From an uncultured Desulfobacterales bacterium (GTDB taxonomy: Bacteria > Desulfobacterota > DSM-4660 > Desulfatiglandales > HGW-15): a stretch of 60,645 nt of DNA. The notes under the pieces were generated by a model. The model saw only the letters and a list, made by a program, of their open reading frames with translations, made no database searches and was not told where the DNA came from. Position numbers and translations under genes: made by a program. Positions 55,493-60,645 of this stretch are shown here, piece by piece. How positions within the stretch are numbered: the first letter of the stretch is position 1; every line of letters begins with the position of its first letter. Where the stretch lies: contig CAZEIA010000001.1 in assembly GCA_964512335.1 (NCBI GenBank), positions 1 to 60,645 of the forward strand, in the 5' to 3' direction.

Positions 55493-56122
55493 ATGATGGA
55501 GATATTCATGCGAGGGGGGCCGGTCATGATCCCCCTGCTTGGCTGCTCGCTCATCGCCCTGACCGTGATCATCGAGCGGGCCTTCTTCTGGGCCCTGGAG
55601 GATATGCGCCGGGACGCAGGTCTGGTGGACCGGATCCTGGAGCTGTGCCGGAACGGGGACTGGGATGCAGTGCGTCGCGCCGTGGTGGGATCAAGAGACT
55701 ATGTGGTCCGTATCCTGGTGAACGGCATCCTGCACCGTGATTTTTCCATGGGCAAGGCCATGGAGGCTGCAGGCGCTGATGAGATCCAGCGAATGCGGCG
55801 GTACCTGAACGTCCTGGACACAATGATAACAGTGGCCCCGCTCCTGGGGATCTTCGGTACGGTCCTCGGAATCATCCAGTCCTTCGACCTGCTCGGGCAG
55901 GCGGGCATCGAAGACCCCCGTGCGGTGACGGCCGGGATCGCCCAGGCCCTCATAACAACGGCCTCGGGCCTGGGCATCGCAATCCTGTCGGTTTTCCCTT
56001 ACAACTATTTCAATGCACGGGCCGAAAACGCGGCCCTGCTCATTGAAAAGTACGCCACCAGCCTGGAGATCGTCTACGAAAAGCTTGACCAGGGGACTGC
56101 AGGCCGTAAGGGGGAGTCCTAA
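55493..56122 (+). CDS. exbB: MotA/TolQ/ExbB proton-channel protein
   Basis: ExbB/TolQ motifs (APLLGIFGTVLGII, TTASGLGIAI). Confidence 0.85.
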   Translation: MMEIFMRGGPVMIPLLGCSLIALTVIIERAFFWALEDMRRDAGLVDRILELCRNGDWDAVRRAVVGSRDYVVRILVNGILHRDFSMGKAMEAAGADEIQRMRRYLNVLDTMITVAPLLGIFGTVLGIIQSFDLLGQAGIEDPRAVTAGIAQALITTASGLGIAILSVFPYNYFNARAENAALLIEKYATSLEIVYEKLDQGTAGRKGES

Positions 56123-56532
56123 TGAAGGTCCCCCGAACGCCCGCGAGAAGACCCAGGATCGAAATGCTTCCACTCATAGATATTGTGTTTCTTCTTCTCG
56201 TATTCTTCATCTACGCCATGCTCTCCATGGCGCTTCATCGGGGGATGCCCGTGCTCCTGCCGGTTTCATCCCAGAGCGAGGCGGAGCACCAGCTGGTGCT
56301 CTCTGTGACGGTAGGGGCGGACGGCGGGGTCTTTGTTGACCGGGTCGCCGTTCAATTGGAGTCCCTGACAGAGGTGCTGGAGAGGCGGGCCGTGGATTCG
56401 AAAGAACCGGGCGTGCTCCTCTTTGCGGACCGTTCCGTCTCTTACCAGCAGCTCTTTGAAGTGCTTGACCGAATCCGCAAGGCTGGGATCGCCCGCATCT
56501 CCCTCCAGGCGGAGGCAGAAGCCGGGACGTGA
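56122..56532 (+). CDS. exbD: ExbD/TolR biopolymer transport protein
   Basis: LIDIVFLLLVFF TM motif in a 136-aa protein. The start overlaps the exbB stop (TAATG). Confidence 0.85.
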   Translation: MKVPRTPARRPRIEMLPLIDIVFLLLVFFIYAMLSMALHRGMPVLLPVSSQSEAEHQLVLSVTVGADGGVFVDRVAVQLESLTEVLERRAVDSKEPGVLLFADRSVSYQQLFEVLDRIRKAGIARISLQAEAEAGT

Positions 56533-57254
56533 GACGTCTTCTCCCAGCGGCAGGAATGGCAGCGGCCCTGCACGGGCTGATTTTTCTGGCGGGAGATTTT
56601 CGGCCGGAGACGGCAGTGCCGTTGAATTCGAGGCCCGCGCGCGCGGTAACGATTCAGCTGCTGGAGTCGAGCCCTCGTTCCGAACGGCCTGCCCGTGAGC
56701 CGCTGCGGCCCGAGCCCGATAAGCCGGCGTTTCGGACCGAGAAACCCGGGCTCGTGTTCGACTCCCCCGCACCAAGGCCCGTTGTGATGAGGACCCCCAG
56801 CGGCCGAGTATCCCCTGTCCCCCCTCGGGCACTGTCTGCGGGCCCGGCGCCTGCTAAGAAGCCTGTGATTCGGGACGAGCAAATGGGCAGTGCCCGCTCC
56901 ATGCCGGAAGATCTCCCCGGATCGACTCAGGAGGGCCCAAAAGAGCCGCTTGAAGGGAAACCTGAGTCGATTAGTCCCCTGGTGGAGGCCGTTCCCCTTT
57001 ACCGGGAAAACCCGCCGCCACTCTATCCGGAACTTGCTCGGCGCAGGGGATACGAAGGGGTGGTGCTTCTGGAGGTCCTGGTGACCGAGGAAGGGGGTGT
57101 TGGTGACCTCCGGGTTGCCCGATCCAGCGGCTACGCCGTTCTGGACAGGGCCGCGGAGCAAACGGTCACGAAATGGCGCTTCGATCCCGGTCGAAAGGGG
57201 GATCTGCCCGTGGCCATGAAGGTCCGCATCCCTGTGCGGTTCCGCCTGCAGTAG
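56529..57254 (+). CDS. tonB: energy transducer TonB
   Basis: N-terminal TM segment, Pro-rich linker, and a C-terminal TonB domain (PLYPELARRRGYEGVVLLEVLV..GYAVLDRAAEQTV). The start is uncertain (GTG 56529 or ATG 56556). Confidence 0.8.
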   Translation: MRRLLPAAGMAAALHGLIFLAGDFRPETAVPLNSRPARAVTIQLLESSPRSERPAREPLRPEPDKPAFRTEKPGLVFDSPAPRPVVMRTPSGRVSPVPPRALSAGPAPAKKPVIRDEQMGSARSMPEDLPGSTQEGPKEPLEGKPESISPLVEAVPLYRENPPPLYPELARRRGYEGVVLLEVLVTEEGGVGDLRVARSSGYAVLDRAAEQTVTKWRFDPGRKGDLPVAMKVRIPVRFRLQ

Positions 57255-57255
57255 A

Positions 57256-57282
57256 GGTCGGGTGTCGGGTGTCAGGTGTCAG
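57256..57282. repeat. short tandem heptamer array (GTGTCRG)
   Basis: GGTCGGG TGTCGGG TGTCAGG TGTCAG lies directly after the tonB stop, between convergent genes. Confidence 0.7.
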
Positions 57283-57294
57283 CAACACCTATCT

Positions 57295-58050
57295 TCATTT
57301 CTTCCAAGGCCGCACGGATCCGAACTGCTCGTCGCACCACTTTGTGCCCCGGTTAAGCCGGTCCTCGAAAAGCTTGCGATAAGACTCCAGGGTGTCACCT
57401 TTGGTTTCCGGTGGCACCAGGATAGGCTCCTCGTAGAGGATCACCACCCTGGCAAAGGGCTTGGGCACCAGATAGCGGTCCCAGGAGTTGAACTGCCAGC
57501 ACCGGTCGGCCCCCCAGAGGACAGGGATGAGAGGGACACCCGCGTTCCGTGCCATGATCAGGGAACCGATCTTGGCAACCCGGGGCGGGCCCTGGGGGCC
57601 GTCTGCGAGCATGCCGCCTATTTCCCCCTGCTGCATTCTCTTGATAATCTCCTTTAAGGCCCTCGACCCTCCCCGGCTGGAAGACCCCCGTACATCCCGG
57701 AAACCCAGCCATCGGGCCACCCGGGCTGCATACTCGCCGTCCCGGCTCCTGCTTATCATCATGGTGACATGCCGGGACCCGAAGTGATGGAAGTGGTAGG
57801 ACATGCGCTGGTGCCAGGTGGCGTAGACCGCGCCCCCGGCCGACTTTTCAACGGCGTTCCGGGCACGTTCTATTCCTTCGACCCTGACCACCCGGCAGGA
57901 AAGCATGAGAAGCTTGATAAGAAGGGCCGCGAGGGGAGGCAGCACCTGGAGAACCAAGGGGTCGTACCATCGCAGACTGGGGGAGATGTCTTGGGGCAAT
58001 GATTTCTCCTGGATAGATACTCCCGGCTGAAGCCGGGGTTCTAACACCAT
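57295..58050 (-). CDS. DUF374 / lysophospholipid acyltransferase-family protein
   Basis: DUF374-like pattern (ATWHQRM, SRSRDGEYAARV, LADGPQGPPRV). Confidence 0.7.
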   Translation of the reverse strand: MVLEPRLQPGVSIQEKSLPQDISPSLRWYDPLVLQVLPPLAALLIKLLMLSCRVVRVEGIERARNAVEKSAGGAVYATWHQRMSYHFHHFGSRHVTMMISRSRDGEYAARVARWLGFRDVRGSSSRGGSRALKEIIKRMQQGEIGGMLADGPQGPPRVAKIGSLIMARNAGVPLIPVLWGADRCWQFNSWDRYLVPKPFARVVILYEEPILVPPETKGDTLESYRKLFEDRLNRGTKWCDEQFGSVRPWKK

Positions 58051-58333
58051 TGCAACTTCTTCGGAGTTGACCTGATCTATGCCGCACTGCCCGCTTGCAT
58101 AAATCAGGACGGCTCATTCATCCACGGGTAAACCCGTGGTATCCTGTCTTCGACCCCATAAAAGGTTTTTCGGGGTGAAGGACCCCAGGCCGAAAGTCAG
58201 GAGAAGCCTACCCTACATTTGTGCGTGATGGCAAGTCTGGGCCTCCTGGCATCGCCACCATGCGGTCCAATTCGACCTTGCGCGCCATTATTTCGGTTTC
58301 GGCAAGTGCTTTTTCGACCACCGGGACATCCTG

Positions 58334-58367
58334 GATCCCGATCCCGATTTCGATTTCGATTTCGATT
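58334..58367. repeat. hexamer microsatellite (GATCCC)2(GATTTC)3
   Basis: Direct reading of GATCCCGATCCCGATTTCGATTTCGATTTCGATT, upstream of the C-N hydrolase gene. Confidence 0.8.
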
Positions 58368-58429
58368 ATTCCAGCCAATATGTTATCTGTAGCTGGATGG
58401 AAGGGGTCTTCATGGGAGGTATGAAAGAC

Positions 58430-59248
58430 ATGCGGGTTGGGGCCGTTTGCATGCGCTCAACGCCGGGTGCGATCGAGGAGAACCTGAAGAGGATGGAGGC
58501 GCTTGCAGGCCGGGCGGCCGAGGCGGGTGTTGAGATCCTTTGTTTTCCGGAGTTTTCCGTTACCGGGTATGTGCTGAAGGATCCGCAAGGGGTCTACTCC
58601 GGTTCGAGTTACGAGGCCGTCCTGGATCAGTTGATTGGCATAGCCCGGGAACACGGAGTCGTGTTGCTTGCAGGGGTCATTGAGCCGTCCCGCGTCGGAA
58701 AGCCCGCCATAGGCCAGGTCGTGGTCGGGCCGAAAGGGCTAATGGGCATTCACCGAAAGACCCATCTGTCTCCGCCGGAAAAGGAGGCGTTTCGACCGGG
58801 AAACAGAATAAAGGTCTTTCGATTGAAGGATAAAGTGTTCGGCATTCAACTCTGCTACGAGAGCCATTTCCCGGAGATCAGCACCATGATGGCCCTGAAG
58901 GGTGCGGATATTCTCTTCATGCCCCATGCCTCCCCCAGGGGCACTCCAAGCGAGAAGATCGAGAGCTGGCTGCGTCACCTGACCGGCCGGGCATTTGACA
59001 ACGCCCTGTTTATTGTGGCGTGCAATGCGGTGGGCGAGAGCCCGGGAGGCTTCCCCTTCCCCGGAGTCATAGTGTTTCTGGGCCCGGACGGCCGGGTGGT
59101 CAATCAACATCTTGGAGAGGATGAGCATGTCCTGTCAGATACCCTGGATTTTGCTTTCCTGGAGGGGATCAGGCGTCACCGGATGAAGTATTTTCTTCCT
59201 TATCGCCGCCCGGATATTTACGGACCGGTGAGCGATTCATCCAGTTAG
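58430..59248 (+). CDS. carbon-nitrogen hydrolase (nitrilase-superfamily) protein
   Basis: Glu-Lys-Cys triad contexts CFPEFSVTGY, HRKTHL and QLCYESHFPE. The start is ambiguous (58397, 58421 or 58430); 58430 has the best spacing to GGGAGG. Confidence 0.8.
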   Translation: MRVGAVCMRSTPGAIEENLKRMEALAGRAAEAGVEILCFPEFSVTGYVLKDPQGVYSGSSYEAVLDQLIGIAREHGVVLLAGVIEPSRVGKPAIGQVVVGPKGLMGIHRKTHLSPPEKEAFRPGNRIKVFRLKDKVFGIQLCYESHFPEISTMMALKGADILFMPHASPRGTPSEKIESWLRHLTGRAFDNALFIVACNAVGESPGGFPFPGVIVFLGPDGRVVNQHLGEDEHVLSDTLDFAFLEGIRRHRMKYFLPYRRPDIYGPVSDSSS

Positions 59249-59336
59249 CGGCTTAAAGGCGTGACAGGTGCTGTTTATGGATGGGGAACGGTTCCGGCGT
59301 AGTTTTCCGCCAGGCCGGGCTGCGTGAGGGGATAAC

Positions 59337-59372
59337 ACAAAAAGCGCAGGGCCGGATTGAGGAGCCCTGCGC
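59337..59372 (-). terminator. intrinsic terminator of dsrC
   Basis: On the minus strand, GCGCAGGG (13-nt loop) CCCTGCGC is followed by TTTTT, about 40 nt after the dsrC stop. Confidence 0.6.
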
Positions 59373-59413
59373 TTCCTGGTTGTTATAAATCGACGTAACC
59401 CGGCCGGCTCGAT

Positions 59414-59731
59414 CTAGACGCAGCCTGTGGGTTTCGGCAGCCCTGCCATCTTACAGGCGCCCTTGCCCGGGCCGGAGGGGAACAGCTCGTAGATGTACTT
59501 AAGTTTGAATCCGGTTACCTTGGAGAGGATTCGGACCATGGGAGCAATGCCGTTCTTTTTGTAATAGTCCTGGAGTACGTTGAGAACTTTCCAGTGCTCG
59601 TCGGTAAGCTCTTCGATGCCTTCTTCCTTTTTTACGTGCTGGACCCAGGCTTCGTTCCAGTTGTTGAAATCGTCGATGAAGCCGTCTTCGTCCACATTAA
59701 AGGTGTTTCCTTGAAATTCAATTGTCGGCAT
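59414..59731 (-). CDS. dsrC: DsrC (dissimilatory sulfite reductase-associated sulfur carrier)
   Basis: The C-terminal arm GACKMAGLPKPTGCV carries both conserved Cys. ATG at 59731 follows GAGGAGG. 105 aa. Confidence 0.9.
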   Translation of the reverse strand: MPTIEFQGNTFNVDEDGFIDDFNNWNEAWVQHVKKEEGIEELTDEHWKVLNVLQDYYKKNGIAPMVRILSKVTGFKLKYIYELFPSGPGKGACKMAGLPKPTGCV

Positions 59732-59801
59732 AACCTGAAACCTCCTCTTCTTGGGAATAATACTCAATATATTTAGACACTTAGCTGTAGGCAGATCCCC
59801 T

Positions 59802-59830
59802 TGTATATCGTATTATTCGGCAGATGTCAA
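59802..59830 (-). promoter_or_regulatory. candidate strong sigma70 promoter of dsrC
   Basis: On the minus strand: TTGACA (59830-59825), a 17-nt spacer, then TATACA (59807-59802). Confidence 0.5.
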
Positions 59831-59838
59831 TCCCCCTT

Positions 59839-60645
59839 TTAAAAATCCGAGAAATTTCCGTGCTGCTTATTCCTGTGGTATTCGTTTGTTTTTCGAACGA
59901 ATCCTTTGGCCCATGAAGGAGTCCCTACCGCGTGTATATGGGTGTACAGGGCCAGCAGGTTTTTCCGGCTCATGCCGTCCCATTCGCCGTTGAACCCATG
60001 GCCCCGTTCGACCCTGAATATAGGCCGGATGTCGTCTATAGACTTGAAAACAGGCCTTGAGTAGTGAAACTCGTGTCCCCTGAGGACCGTGCCCGGCTCA
60101 TAAAACGGGTTGCCTCCAGTAACCTCGAGGATGGTGTACCCGTGTCCCTGGGGTTTTCGCTCCAGTACGAAATCCACCGGCAGGGCCCCAGCCATGGCAT
60201 AGGGCTCGCCCTTTACCACGAGGTTTTCCCCGAGATACATCAGGCCGCCGCATTCGGCGTAGACAGGCAGTCCGGCTTCAATTTTTTCCCGCAGGTCCGA
60301 CCGGAAGGTGTGGTTGGCTGTGAGCAGTTCACCCTGGGTCTCAGGGAATCCACCCCCGATGTAAAGCCCGTCCAAATCAGGGAGTTCCGGGTCGCTGATT
60401 GCGCTGATCTGAACAAGTTCAGCCCCCTCCCTTTGCAAGGCCGAGAGATTTTCCGGGTAGTAGAACCAGAAGGCACTGTCCAGGAGAAAGCCGATGCGCG
60501 GCCCCGGTCCGGAAGCGCGCGCTTGGACCCTCACACCTTCGGTTGGTTTTGGAACAGGCTTTTCAATGGGGGAAGCGTTCCGGGCCAGTTCCCACAAGGC
60601 GTCCAGATTCAGGCTCTCCCGAACTATGCGGCATGCCCAGGATAC
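59839..60645 (-). CDS. cobyrinic acid a,c-diamide synthase-family amidotransferase (CbiA/CobB or siroheme amidase DsrN), 5' end beyond window
   Basis: C-terminal GATase domain (LYIGGGFPE, YAECGGLMYL, GHEFHYS). The frame stays open to nt 60645, so the gene is truncated by the window edge. Confidence 0.8.
   Translation of the reverse strand, partial: VSWACRIVRESLNLDALWELARNASPIEKPVPKPTEGVRVQARASGPGPRIGFLLDSAFWFYYPENLSALQREGAELVQISAISDPELPDLDGLYIGGGFPETQGELLTANHTFRSDLREKIEAGLPVYAECGGLMYLGENLVVKGEPYAMAGALPVDFVLERKPQGHGYTILEVTGGNPFYEPGTVLRGHEFHYSRPVFKSIDDIRPIFRVERGHGFNGEWDGMSRKNLLALYTHIHAVGTPSWAKGFVRKTNEYHRNKQHGNFSDF

Noticed and set aside
58100-58300. A possible structured ncRNA (SRP-RNA-like CCAGGCCGAAAG..CAGGAG) in the DUF374/C-N hydrolase divergent region.
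   Set aside because: The sequence does not reproduce the SRP domain IV motif (GGAA loop with AGCAGCC). I could not fold a convincing conserved structure by eye. It is most likely promoter or 5'-UTR DNA.

Overview
The window looks like a chromosomal segment from a strict anaerobe. A canonical DsrC, a tungsten AOR, class III RNR and two glycyl-radical systems suggest Desulfobacterota (deltaproteobacteria); this taxonomy is inference only. No rRNA, tRNA, CRISPR array, integrase or transposase was found.

Gene content, left to right:
- 1-6.2 kb: an AOR truncated by the window edge, an orphan receiver-only response regulator, a decayed K+ channel remnant, an adenine-deaminase-family gene and a B12-domain radical SAM gene.
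- 6.6-13.8 kb, minus strand: an operon IclR -> glycyl-radical enzyme (GRE) -> activase -> TRAP DctPQM. By eye, the GRE Cys loop reads G-C-V-H rather than the G-C-V-E of characterised PFL2-class enzymes.
- 14.8-38.1 kb: a two-armed acyl-CoA catabolic island organised around a TetR gene.
  - The minus arm carries an atypical ANL ligase, an alpha/beta hydrolase, a CobO-type adenosyltransferase, a 3-hydroxyacyl-CoA dehydrogenase and an enoyl-CoA hydratase.
  - The plus arm carries TetR, MeaB, a split and strongly divergent AdoCbl acyl-CoA-mutase-like enzyme, a response regulator with a small Cys-rich protein, two acyl-CoA dehydrogenases, a Liv-type ABC importer with an embedded CoA ligase and an extra lipoprotein, a second dehydrogenase and a heavily decayed thiolase pseudogene.
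- 38.3-45.3 kb: housekeeping and unknown-function genes (YgiQ radical SAM, DUF4139, DinB, DUF1622, DUF3786).
- 45.5-48.3 kb: nrdDG with putative tandem NrdR boxes.
- 49.0-57.3 kb: a cobalamin-riboswitch-controlled operon btuB-cbiK-btuF-btuC-btuD-exbB-exbD-tonB. btuCD is bracketed by a perfect 54-bp inverted repeat embedded in mosaic heptamer-repeat elements.
- 57.3-60.6 kb: DUF374, a C-N hydrolase, dsrC and a CbiA/DsrN-like amidotransferase that runs off the window end.

The most interesting candidates are the non-canonical GRE operon and the remodelled B12 mutase with its dedicated cofactor-handling genes.

All family assignments are by-eye motif recognition. No database search was run.
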